A stretch of 64,000 nucleotides of DNA from a virus, in IMG/VR virus record IMGVR_UViG_3300005673_000003, positions 1 through 64,000 of that record; one strand, 5' to 3'. The position numbers and the translations under genes are program-made. Shown here one piece after another: positions 10,313 to 19,241 of this stretch (the stretch's first letter is position 1; every line of letters begins with the position of its first letter). Below the pieces are notes generated by a model. The model ran no database searches. It was not told the DNA's origin and was given only the letters and a program-made list of their open reading frames with translations.

Positions 10313-11664
10313 CGAGATACTATGGCGTGATTGGAAACCGTGACCACATCAAATACCAGGGGGAGAAGCGACCATTCTGGGAATTTCTGGATAGACAGCC
10401 TGACGGGTTCCTGTCGTCTCTTGCCTATCTTCCTGTACCGTTTGGCTTACCTGATATGCCGATGATTGGTGACTGTGGGGCATGGAGTTACAAGGCTGCA
10501 ATTATCCCAAAACTAGGCAAGAATTTGGTAACTCCAGAATGGGCATTGAGTCAATACCAGAACTACTTCAAGCTTGGAGATTTGGTGGTTGCGCCGGATC
10601 ATATGCTGATACCAGGAGAGGGGATTGACCTGGACGATCGCCGGAGATTCAATATTCAGTCTGCTCGTGAATTCCTGCCGATCGCAGAAGCTGCGGGATT
10701 CCGCCCGATGGCGACTGTGCATGGCATGGATCTAGAGGAGCGACTGATTAACGTTGGCAGACTCTACGAGATTGGTTATCGCCACTTCTCGTTAGGGGGT
10801 ATGGCAGCAAGAGCAAGCCAGAAGCGGATGCTGCTGGAATCCATTCAAGCTATTTCTGATAAGGTGCGATCGCTCCTCCCTGATGCATGGATTCACGTTC
10901 TAGGGCTTTCCTCCCCCGACTATTTTGCGGCATTTAATCAGATGGGGATTGATAGCTGTGATGGTTCCAGTCACTTTAAGCAGGCATTTACTGCAGGCAC
11001 ATTTTTTGCCTACACAAACGGTAAGCTGGTTAAGCATCAAGCCGCAAGGCCAACTAATGGGGAAGAAATCACCGCACCATTCTGTGAGTGTTTAGCCTGC
11101 TCCAAACTCCGGGAGGAAGGCATAGACACCCGATCCTATGGCAGCAACGAGAACAATATGGGACGGGCAGCACACAACCTCAATATGTTGATGAGGGCGC
11201 AAAAGAACGCGATCGCATCCCTCACCCTCGTCTCCTGTGTTGGGCAGAAGAAATCTAAACCATGTCCAGCGAAGGAACTCTACCAATCCGATTGGTTTCT
11301 TAAAGCCAGATCCTACATGGAGATGCAAGGGTATGACTGGCACATCATTTCTGCTAAGCATGGGCTGATTGACCGGGATGCGATCGTTGAGCCGTATGAG
11401 CAAACCTTGAATAATGCATCTGCAGGGGAGTGTCGGGAGTGGAGCGATCGCACCTTCACTCAAATCATGGAGCGACTGCCCAACGGTGGGTTGGTACGGA
11501 TATTTGCAGGCGATAAATATCGTGAGTATTTGGTGCCTCTACTTGAAAATGCCGGGTACACAGTTGAAATCCCTCTGAAGGGTTTAGGAATAGGTCAGCA
11601 ATTGCAATGGTTCAATCAAGAGATTCAGGGGAGACGGCTAACTCAGTTGTCACTCTTCCAATAG
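10309..11664 (+). CDS. dpdA: DpdA-like tRNA-guanine transglycosylase family protein fused to a DUF6884-like C-terminal domain
   Basis: TGT motifs DCGAWS, VAPDH, TVHG, LGG, HVLG, DSCDGSS, Zn site CECLAC...HNL; C-terminal SCVGQK...ELYQS...ISAKHGL...EPYEQTL; followed by a queE fragment. Confidence 0.75.
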   Translation: MTRYYGVIGNRDHIKYQGEKRPFWEFLDRQPDGFLSSLAYLPVPFGLPDMPMIGDCGAWSYKAAIIPKLGKNLVTPEWALSQYQNYFKLGDLVVAPDHMLIPGEGIDLDDRRRFNIQSAREFLPIAEAAGFRPMATVHGMDLEERLINVGRLYEIGYRHFSLGGMAARASQKRMLLESIQAISDKVRSLLPDAWIHVLGLSSPDYFAAFNQMGIDSCDGSSHFKQAFTAGTFFAYTNGKLVKHQAARPTNGEEITAPFCECLACSKLREEGIDTRSYGSNENNMGRAAHNLNMLMRAQKNAIASLTLVSCVGQKKSKPCPAKELYQSDWFLKARSYMEMQGYDWHIISAKHGLIDRDAIVEPYEQTLNNASAGECREWSDRTFTQIMERLPNGGLVRIFAGDKYREYLVPLLENAGYTVEIPLKGLGIGQQLQWFNQEIQGRRLTQLSLFQ

Positions 11665-11706
11665 TTGAAACATTCCACTCAGTACAGGGTGAGGGCTTCC
11701 ATTCCA
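11631..11706 (+). pseudogene. queE: N-terminal remnant of 7-carboxy-7-deazaguanine synthase
   Basis: TLPIVETFHSVQGEG is the canonical QueE N-terminus; truncated before the CxxxCxxC radical-SAM motif. Confidence 0.8.
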
Positions 11707-12040
11707 GATTCTCCTCAAAGGATGGCGTGAACCGGACTGTTAAATATTTGCCCTGCTCCACCCTGAAATCAAACTTCTCGGCGATCGCGGCTGGGAGCCG
11801 TTCCACTTGTTGGATAAATTCTTCACTCATACGATCCTTCTCCACGGTCAAAATGCCCTCTGCAACCGCTTCATCATAAACCCGCTCAATTTCTAATTTT
11901 CTAATTGATCCATCTCCTCACTAAGGATGTGGGCCTGTTCCCGTAGCTCTACAGCCATCTGGCAGGCTTCCTTGAGGCCATAGATTAACTCGGCCTTGGT
12001 GCCCTTATCCCACTTCTCAGGGGTAACAGCCAGTACTGAC

Positions 12041-12394
12041 CGGACGGTGAAGCGTCGGCTCTCAAATACCCAAAGAGAAAAGAAGGGCTTGCCTCCACTC
12101 GCACGCAGGCAGATTGCTCAGCAAGTAGAGCATCCAGACAGCCTTAAGCTGTACATGCAGTTCTACGAGACTCCCGGCAAGCTATTTTCAGCGGCAGGTA
12201 AGCCATTTATTGCCAGGTGCAACATCTATGATCCCTGCTATGACTTGATTTCAATGCGGTTTGCCAGAAAAGCGCTTGCTAAAAAAGCTGCCGAAAATCT
12301 TACGATCGCAAATCGGGACGCGGGGGAGGGGGGAGAGTGCCTTTTGACCCTAAGAAATCAGGATGCCTCCATACCTGAGCAGATACAGGGGTAA
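12041..12394 (+). pseudogene. 3' part of the interrupted putative replication initiator
   Basis: Same frame as 9614; begins RTVKRRLSN completing the HTH; no credible start of its own. Confidence 0.6.
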
Positions 12395-12459
12395 CTTTTG
12401 TACATGGCCTGCATCCGAAGTAGGAGCATGGAGATTTCTCTAATCTTCATAATTCTCCG

Positions 12460-12500
12460 TTGCATTCTTATTCGATGTGAGACATAATGTTGATGTAAGG
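12460..12500 (+). promoter_or_regulatory. Promoter with the conserved -10 block but a sigma70-type -35
   Basis: TTGCAT-N17-CATAAT within GAGACATAATGTTGATGTAAG. Confidence 0.7.
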
Positions 12501-12516
12501 CGATGGAGATCAATCA

Positions 12517-13711
12517 ATGACCGCTACAGCAGTAGAAAGGACTCAGCTTAAGATTAGTGCTCGTTCCAAGAAAAGCGGGAAGGGATGGGAGAGGATTGGG
12601 GTGGTTACGGTTGGAGCTAAATGCCTTGCTGATAAAGGGGTCAGCGACTTCTTTCCAGCAGGCACATGCGGACGTAAGGAAGTATTGAATATCTGCCGAC
12701 AGATGGAGAAAGATCTCAGATGCAGATCTACTGAGTACCCTTACCGGGGAATGACGGTCATGGTCGAACGAATCTAATTTCCTACAAATTAATCAATCAA
12801 TTATCCAGGAGTAAGGCAATGAAGGCGAGAACCAATAAACCTAAAGTGAAAGTAACTCATAAGTGCGATCGCGCCGATTGCAGCAATCAAACATCCAGCG
12901 AGTCGGGCTACTGCTGTCAGGAGTGCGAGGAAAAGGGTGTAAACCCGTATCTTGACGGCATAGGAGAAGCATTAACATTCAGGATCATGGCCTGGATTCC
13001 TTAGTTCAATAATCAATCAATCATCGGAGAAACTTTATCATGACTACTGCGACCCAAATTCAAGGCTTCGATACCCTGCCCGAACTGATTTCAAATCAAC
13101 CGATGGTAGGCTCTACCGAGTACTACACCTTTGTCCGCCAGCATACCTTAGAGCATCTGGAAGACCGGATGATCATAAAGGTGGAGGAGTTGATCTGGCT
13201 AGCATTGGGCCAGGGTGCGATCGCTGCCCCAACTAGAACCGCTTTGCTCAAGTTTGCAATGGATACCTACATCAACGATTTCCCCTATTACTTCCCGACT
13301 ATTCGCAATGGACGCTGGGGTTATGGGGAGATCTGGTACAAATTCGACGAGAAGGATCAGGGGGTGATCTACAAGTGGGTAGCTGCTATTCCATCCAGGG
13401 AATAGCAGCTATTAATCAATCGATTTTAAGGTAAGCAAAGGAGAAACAGCATGATAGACGATGAGATTGTATTTGGCTCACCTAATGAACCCCGATGGGA
13501 GCCTGACCCGAATGAGATGGATGTGAACTCGAATAAGTTTTATATAGGGGATATGGCAGTAGTGGTATCCACTAAAGAGCAAGGGGAGGTGATTGGAGTA
13601 TGGATGGATGAAAGTCGTCATTGCTGGCGATACCGTCTCCGAGGATTGAATCACTGCGGCGCATCCTGGTGGAAGGAGGATATGCTTAAGCGGCCATCAG
13701 AAATGAGATAA
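12517..13711 (+). other. Operon of four small CDS (12517-12777, 12819-13004 Cys-rich, 13040-13405, 13451-13711 SH3/KOW-like)
   Basis: Each has a 12-mer repeat or variant and an RBS; bounded by a promoter and a terminator. Confidence 0.75.
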
Positions 13712-13723
13712 ATGTAGACACAA

Positions 13724-13751
13724 AAAAGCCCGGTGATAGCTCCGGGCTTTT
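13724..13751. terminator. Bidirectional intrinsic terminator
   Basis: AAAAGCCCGG-N8-CCGGGCTTTT between convergent units. Confidence 0.8.
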
Positions 13752-13897
13752 GCTTGATGTTGTCCCTTACAAGCGAAGGTGTCTCGGTTAGGTCTTCTAG
13801 AGTAAATTTTGGATACTAAATTCGGTTTACTAAATAAGCGGCTTCACTCATTTGGAAGTATAGCAAAGATTGGATTCCCATCCAATATTGCTCCCTG

Positions 13898-14071
13898 CTA
13901 TCTCACTGGTTTCCCTGTGTACCAGGCAACCAGAGCGGTTGCAAATGTCGCGCCAGCATCAGCAACGGGAGCTAGTTCCGCAGGGACTAACCCGCTCTTG
14001 ACAGCTTGATTGACCAGGAAACCTAGCAGGACGATAGCTCCTGCCACATTCGTCACTTTATCTTTCATCAT
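13898..14071 (-). CDS. 57-aa two-helix membrane protein (holin-like), absent from the ORF track
   Basis: MMKDKVTNVAGAIVLLGFLVNQAV...ATFATALVAWYTGKPVR; GGAGG RBS and 12-mer at 14083. Confidence 0.65.
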   Translation of the reverse strand: MMKDKVTNVAGAIVLLGFLVNQAVKSGLVPAELAPVADAGATFATALVAWYTGKPVR

Positions 14072-14150
14072 TCCTCCGACTTAATTGATTGATTATCGCC
14101 ACTGCCAGTATAGCTGCATTGGATAGCTATCCAAGAACTTCACACAATCC

Positions 14151-16193
14151 TTAAGGATCCATCGCAACGAAGGTCAGCTCGGATTTATGCGGCTGATGGT
14201 ACCCAGATATGTAGACTGCCATCTCTGCGAAGTTATCGGCATGAAACCAGTGATCTGGTGCTCCTGGTGTTTTCGTCCATGCCCCTTCATTGGAGCGGGT
14301 AGAGGATAGGTAGTGGTAGAAGACGTTCTGCTCATCTCCTGGAGAGTAGGTTAACCCATCGGGCATACATTGCAGGTGCCTATAGATGCGATTACGAACG
14401 CAATCCAAGCCAAACGATCGGTGCAATGCGAAAACGGGCACCATTTCCCGCTGAATCTCCTGCAACCCTGTCTTGAATTTTTGCCCCTTCAAATTAACTT
14501 GATCCATCCGAAAGAATTGCCCCTTCCTCCCGTTAACGTGCGGCTCTGGGTAGATAGGGTGGGTCAAAGCAAACTCGGAGCACTTCTCATACTCCGGCTC
14601 CCCATCGCAACCAATCAGATTGACTTCCCATTTATCAATCAATTCCTGCAAGCTATCAAACCCAGCCGCTTCCCCGTACCAGACGACTTGCTTGATTGCC
14701 TTCTTCCAGCGTTGATCCCATTCATCTTTCCCGCTATTGGGAGGGAGCCACCAATGCTGAATACATACCCAGTGGAACGCTTTACCCTGGTCAATGCCCA
14801 TGACAACTAAATCTGGCTTAGAGCCAAGTAGATGCTGCTCTGGATTAACCTCTGGGTAGTAATGACGGAAAACATCAATCGGCTTCCGGCCCGAACACTT
14901 GCGTAGAGCATCCAGCTCAATCTTCCCTCCACCAATACTGACCGCAAGGCCCAACCCTTGCTGATATTGGTCGGTCGGGTCTACCGCATTAATCAAGAGC
15001 CGGATACGCTCGACTGGATTGAAGTTTGTGAAAGCCAGGGTTGGCACTCGCAATGCCACCGCATAAGGGAACGGCTTCTGATCTTTAAGTAGCTTCTGCT
15101 CGAATTCGTCTGCCGTCTCATTAAATGATCCATCCTTAAACTCGCCTTTGCAGATTACCTCCCAGCTTAAGGGGGCATCGCAATGGCTGCAGCCGATATA
15201 GGCAGTATCGATCGCTAAATCTCGCTCTTGCTGGGTATCACCATTGGGCACCCCTTGAGAGCTAAACCATTTGAGCGGCTTCCCTACCGCATCCCAAAAC
15301 GCCTTCTCTTGCACTCCATCATCACGCTGTAACCAGACGGGCTTAAGGAAGTTGCCCAATGGGTGCAGCGCTTGCTCCTGCTGGCAAGACGGGCAGACAA
15401 TATGCCATTCAAATAGTCTTCCTGATTGCTTAACCTGGGAGTCCACTACCCCTCCCTCAAATCCTGGAGTCGAGCCAAGTCTTAGCGGCTTGCTGGGGAG
15501 CTGGGTAGCCATAAAGCGCTCTCTGAAGATACCGATCGCCTTCTCGCTCCATAGCTCCACTTCATCCCCTGCCCCAATCATGCAAGGGAACGATCGCATA
15601 GATGACGGAGCTTCTGCCTTCTTATTGTTGCCGCTGCTTACTGTACTGGTGTAAAACAGGGTCAACTCGATTCCCCCTGCTGTTATTTTTCTTTGTTGAA
15701 AATCTGTATCCTTGCGTCTGGTAGCGGCAAAGCGCTCCTCTCTAAGTTTTTTGATTGGCTCGGTATAGTCAAAGCTTGGCTGAATCCGAGGATTTACAAT
15801 ATCGCGAAGTTTACCCTCCGCCTCGAATCCGAACGCGCAGGGCACCCGGATTTCAGAAATCCCAAAGGCCATAAAAGCTACCATGCATTCTGTAAACCCT
15901 CTTTGCGCGGCTTTATCAATTATTAAAGTCTCAATCCAAGGGTTTCCCACAACGCGATACATTCCGGGCATGTACGGCTCTTTCCAGGAGAGCTTAGCTC
16001 CATTACTCATCCTGAAGTGAGTCATAGCCCAATACTGAAAGTAATTGCCGCCAATGGAATACCAGCGCTTAATAGCTTCCTCCCTATATCGTAGAAGCGA
16101 TTCAGTGAAGTTCTTTTGAGCGGCCTGGATGGTGCTGGCTACCTTCCCCCAGGCGTGCGGGGTTAGTCCTTTGCTGGTTCTAAGCTGGGGCAT
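14151..16193 (-). CDS. Terminase large subunit (lambda GpA-like)
   Basis: KAAQRGFTE Walker A, GDEVE Walker B, STP motif, CPSC/CSHC Zn ribbon, GIDQG...HWFHAD nuclease. Confidence 0.9.
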   Translation of the reverse strand: MPQLRTSKGLTPHAWGKVASTIQAAQKNFTESLLRYREEAIKRWYSIGGNYFQYWAMTHFRMSNGAKLSWKEPYMPGMYRVVGNPWIETLIIDKAAQRGFTECMVAFMAFGISEIRVPCAFGFEAEGKLRDIVNPRIQPSFDYTEPIKKLREERFAATRRKDTDFQQRKITAGGIELTLFYTSTVSSGNNKKAEAPSSMRSFPCMIGAGDEVELWSEKAIGIFRERFMATQLPSKPLRLGSTPGFEGGVVDSQVKQSGRLFEWHIVCPSCQQEQALHPLGNFLKPVWLQRDDGVQEKAFWDAVGKPLKWFSSQGVPNGDTQQERDLAIDTAYIGCSHCDAPLSWEVICKGEFKDGSFNETADEFEQKLLKDQKPFPYAVALRVPTLAFTNFNPVERIRLLINAVDPTDQYQQGLGLAVSIGGGKIELDALRKCSGRKPIDVFRHYYPEVNPEQHLLGSKPDLVVMGIDQGKAFHWVCIQHWWLPPNSGKDEWDQRWKKAIKQVVWYGEAAGFDSLQELIDKWEVNLIGCDGEPEYEKCSEFALTHPIYPEPHVNGRKGQFFRMDQVNLKGQKFKTGLQEIQREMVPVFALHRSFGLDCVRNRIYRHLQCMPDGLTYSPGDEQNVFYHYLSSTRSNEGAWTKTPGAPDHWFHADNFAEMAVYISGYHQPHKSELTFVAMDP

Positions 16194-16228
16194 AAATTGA
16201 TTGATTATTGTATTAGCTCATCATCACA

Positions 16229-17005
16229 TCAAATCTCTGGATCTCCACCCTCTTCGGGTTTTGGCGGTTGCGAATCTGAAGGTTCTGCGCTCTTAAGGTC
16301 AGGCAGATTAGCAAAGTCTGGTAGAGCGGTTGGATTTTCGAGAGCAAGGCCCATACTGTTTAGCTCATCAATCCCTGCTCCCTCCAGGTAAACCGAGGGA
16401 TCGCTAGCTACGGTAGGATCAACGACTTTGAAGCCTTTTTGGGTAATCAAGTTTACGGCTGCATTGGCATCACCGATGACCATTGCTCCGATTTCCATCG
16501 CATCTTTGATCATCTTCATGGGTACCAAGAACTGTCTCCACTCGGTTGCGGTGATGGTGGTTAGGGTGACTTTCCCTCCCTGGTTCTGGGTGATAGATTG
16601 CTCGACGAACGGCATTCTGAGCATCGGCTCTGCCTTTTCCATCAGCAACTCAAAATACTCCCAGCCTTTATCTCGCCATTTATTCCAGCGTTCATCCCAT
16701 ACCTGATCTTCCATCTCCTGCTTATGGAGATCCCAGGCTTGGAACCGCTCATCCCATCGGAAGCGAATTCTAGCCCTGCTCCAAGTGCCCGGATGACTGC
16801 GTGGGAGCTTCCCTTTCCTACCCTTCTCCTCGCATTCAGCACGATATGCGGCCAGGAAATTTCTGGTGCCAATCTGATTCCTGACGCGGCAGAAGCGCTT
16901 AAACCATTCGATCGGCTCCCCTGGCTGTTGCTCCCATAGCGGCTCAATTAGCTCGATTAGCTCGATAACCTTCTCATTTCCTCCAGTACCTTTCTTGGGC
17001 GGCAC
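16229..17005 (-). CDS. Putative terminase small subunit
   Basis: Directly upstream of TerL; WEQQPGE...WDERFQAWD motif. Confidence 0.65.
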   Translation of the reverse strand: MPPKKGTGGNEKVIELIELIEPLWEQQPGEPIEWFKRFCRVRNQIGTRNFLAAYRAECEEKGRKGKLPRSHPGTWSRARIRFRWDERFQAWDLHKQEMEDQVWDERWNKWRDKGWEYFELLMEKAEPMLRMPFVEQSITQNQGGKVTLTTITATEWRQFLVPMKMIKDAMEIGAMVIGDANAAVNLITQKGFKVVDPTVASDPSVYLEGAGIDELNSMGLALENPTALPDFANLPDLKSAEPSDSQPPKPEEGGDPEI

Positions 17006-17041
17006 GATGAAACTCCTAAGTGCAGTACGCGATCGCTACCC

Positions 17042-17425
17042 TTAGAACTTGCAAACTTTATCCCCTGAGTGGTCATCTGCTTTCGATTGCAGAGCAATTG
17101 ACTTACCCTGCTCGTTATAGACAGATTCCCCAAACTGGCTTGCAAGCTCTCCGCTCTGCCAGGTAACCGTTGCCTTCCCATCAAATGTATAGGTGCCTGT
17201 AGCAGTCCCTAGCTTGTAGTTAGAGCCTTCGAGTTCCAGTACTCCGGCAGGCTGATAGGCGAGCGTTTCACAGGTGTACTTCCCTGCTAAAGCTGGCTTA
17301 TCGGCTGATGCTTGGGTGGTTGCCTGGGATGGCTCTGGAGCTATCTGCGCGGTGTCAGATTTGGTCTGAGTGCATCCGACTGCAGAGGTGAGCAGGATCA
17401 AGGCTAGGACTGTTTTGGCTAACAT
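17042..17425 (-). CDS. Lipoprotein (start reassigned to ATG 17425)
   Basis: MLAKTVLALILLTSAVGC lipobox; 12-mer at 17438 lies just upstream. Confidence 0.75.
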   Translation of the reverse strand: MLAKTVLALILLTSAVGCTQTKSDTAQIAPEPSQATTQASADKPALAGKYTCETLAYQPAGVLELEGSNYKLGTATGTYTFDGKATVTWQSGELASQFGESVYNEQGKSIALQSKADDHSGDKVCKF

Positions 17426-17561
17426 TTCCGGCACAAAAATCGATTGATTATCCAACTATAACCTGAGAAAGAGGTTTGAGAAGCTAGGAGGGTATAGCAG
17501 CAATAAAAAAGCCAGCTCCCAGGTAAGAGCTGGCCCATGTAAGCAATAATTAATCGATTAT

Positions 17562-17771
17562 CTATCCGATTGTAGGAGAGCCAGGGTTAAACCATCTTGC
17601 TCCAGAAGGGCGGCTTCTCCTGGGGCCGCCGATACCTTGAGGGCTATAGGTAAGCCGGAAGCGAAGACTGTGAGAAGGCATAGGCGTGTACGGCTGAGTG
17701 TCGGGCCAGGTGGCAACAGCAGAAAGGATGAGTGTAAGAAGGATGATAGATGAGTTGAGATGTGGTTTCAT
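17562..17771 (-). CDS. Small secreted peptide
   Basis: Signal-peptide-like N-terminus; terminator hairpin at ~17505-17534 downstream. Confidence 0.5.
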   Translation of the reverse strand: MKPHLNSSIILLTLILSAVATWPDTQPYTPMPSHSLRFRLTYSPQGIGGPRRSRPSGARWFNPGSPTIG

Positions 17772-17877
17772 TGAGATACCTCATGATGTGGGGTCGGTGC
17801 CGATCAGCTTTTCGAGAGGTAGGTCGGCACCGTTTGAATTTAGTTCAACAGGGAATACTTAAGTCTCTAAGTAGCTC

Positions 17878-18624
17878 TCAGCAAACTAGCCGCCAGAAGT
17901 ATCCAGCGCATTCCTGCCCGTTTTTTACAGCTCTAGAGATTGATTTCTTGCAGATATGGTTAGCTTTGCCAGCCTTGGTAAGGCTTGGATATACAGCTCT
18001 ATCATCAGGAGCGTCCGGCTTCCAGCGCTCGACCTTAGCAGCCATACTCTTTTTGATCGGAGCAGGCTGAGCAGCTTGGATGACTTCGAGAATATCATCG
18101 CCTAGCGCCCAGGTTAGCCATTCAAGATCAATATCGTGCATTTTGATTTCTAGTGGATTCGAGGCTACCCACTCTCTAAAGTCTTTATTAGAGATAGCCG
18201 CTCGTTTAGATGTGATGCGGCTGCAAGGCAACCCAAGTTTAGCGATCCACCGTTTAACGACTCCAAGAGACACTCCCAGATTTCTGGCAAGGCTTGCTAT
18301 CGAATAGTTGTCATAAATAGCTGATCTATGACAGCCAAGCTGATGGATACGGGAGCTGATGCTCTCTTCTGAGCGAATGGGCCATCCATTTTTCTTGCCA
18401 AGTCGCCGGATAGCTTTACAGATAAGCTTGAATGGCTTGGAGCCGGATAGCTCCTCAATCAGATCATCTTCTTCTTTGCGCCAAACCTGACATCCTGATT
18501 TTGTCGCGCTTAAATTGTGAGCGCATTTACTAGAGCAGGTTCTGCGCTTGTAGGAGAGGGTTTCAAAAGGGTTTTGGCAATACTCGCAAATTCGAGTGGC
18601 AGGCTTTGCTCGTCTTCTTGGCAT
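17878..18624 (-). CDS. Multi-domain DNA-binding protein (Zn finger, HTH, NUMOD1-like)
   Basis: CEYC...CSSKC; SIASLARNLGVSLGVVKRWI; VYPSLTKAGKANHICKKSISRAV. Confidence 0.7.
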   Translation of the reverse strand: MPRRRAKPATRICEYCQNPFETLSYKRRTCSSKCAHNLSATKSGCQVWRKEEDDLIEELSGSKPFKLICKAIRRLGKKNGWPIRSEESISSRIHQLGCHRSAIYDNYSIASLARNLGVSLGVVKRWIAKLGLPCSRITSKRAAISNKDFREWVASNPLEIKMHDIDLEWLTWALGDDILEVIQAAQPAPIKKSMAAKVERWKPDAPDDRAVYPSLTKAGKANHICKKSISRAVKNGQECAGYFWRLVC

Positions 18625-18633
18625 AGCTCCCCC

Positions 18634-18966
18634 TTAAACTGGAACCAGAATTCCGAGGGAGCGCACCAATGCCTCAGCAGTCCGCTTTTGGCAGACCGGG
18701 CAAAGCAGCACGCGATCGCTCACATAGTCATAGACAATGCCAATCTCTAAACCCTTCCAAGTCTCTGCTGCGACCAGACTCCGAGCTTTGAAGACAGCGA
18801 GCTTGTAATCATCTCGCTCTTTTAACGCTTGCTCCAGAACAAATGCTGGGACAGTCAAGGGAGTGGGATGAGACTCTGTTTCGTAACGAGCTTGGGCACG
18901 CAATACGCCAGCCATTAACTCTTCAGCGAGGATGTCTGTGAATCCTGAAGACCATTGCATATTCAA
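18634..18966 (-). CDS. Hypothetical protein
   Basis: 12-mer and GGAG RBS upstream. Confidence 0.65.
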   Translation of the reverse strand: MNMQWSSGFTDILAEELMAGVLRAQARYETESHPTPLTVPAFVLEQALKERDDYKLAVFKARSLVAAETWKGLEIGIVYDYVSDRVLLCPVCQKRTAEALVRSLGILVPV

Positions 18967-19002
18967 TATCTCCGGCTAAATTGATTGATTATTGATGAGA
19001 AG

Positions 19003-19170
19003 CTACTGGCCGAGTTCTTTGACGTAGAACTGACCATCTTTAACCACAAGAGCTTTGCTGCCGCTGAGGAATTGGCACGCAAAAACCGTCAGGTAGATGA
19101 AGAATGCAATTCCTACGATCGCTCTAACTACTGCTAGCGTGAAGACGATTGGACTTTGATCTTCGCCCAT
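19003..19170 (-). CDS. 55-aa single-pass membrane protein, absent from the ORF track
   Basis: MGEDQSPIVFTLAVVRAIVGIAFFIYLTVF...; GGAGG RBS and 12-mer at 19183. Confidence 0.65.
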   Translation of the reverse strand: MGEDQSPIVFTLAVVRAIVGIAFFIYLTVFACQFLSGSKALVVKDGQFYVKELGQ

Positions 19171-19241
19171 AATTACCTCCGAAATCGATTGATTATTGCT
19201 TGATTAGCAGGCTACCCACCAGTGAGCGGCAGGTAGCTCAT

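Larger units (their letters stand above)
10279..12041. mobile_element. 1,758-bp inserted cassette flanked by TGACC direct repeats
   Basis: TGACC at 10279-10283 and 12037-12041; removal rejoins the flanking ORF in frame; no 12-mer repeat inside. Confidence 0.65.

Noticed and set aside
11607-11879. Intact 90-aa QueE
   Set aside because: Similarity stops after QGEGFH and there is no radical-SAM cysteine motif
10279-12041. Self-splicing intron or intein explaining the split gene
   Set aside because: The insert is filled with protein-coding fragments; no group I/II core, RT, homing nuclease or intein termini are recognisable
17562-17771. PatS/PatX heterocyst inhibitor
   Set aside because: The required RGSGR pentapeptide is absent
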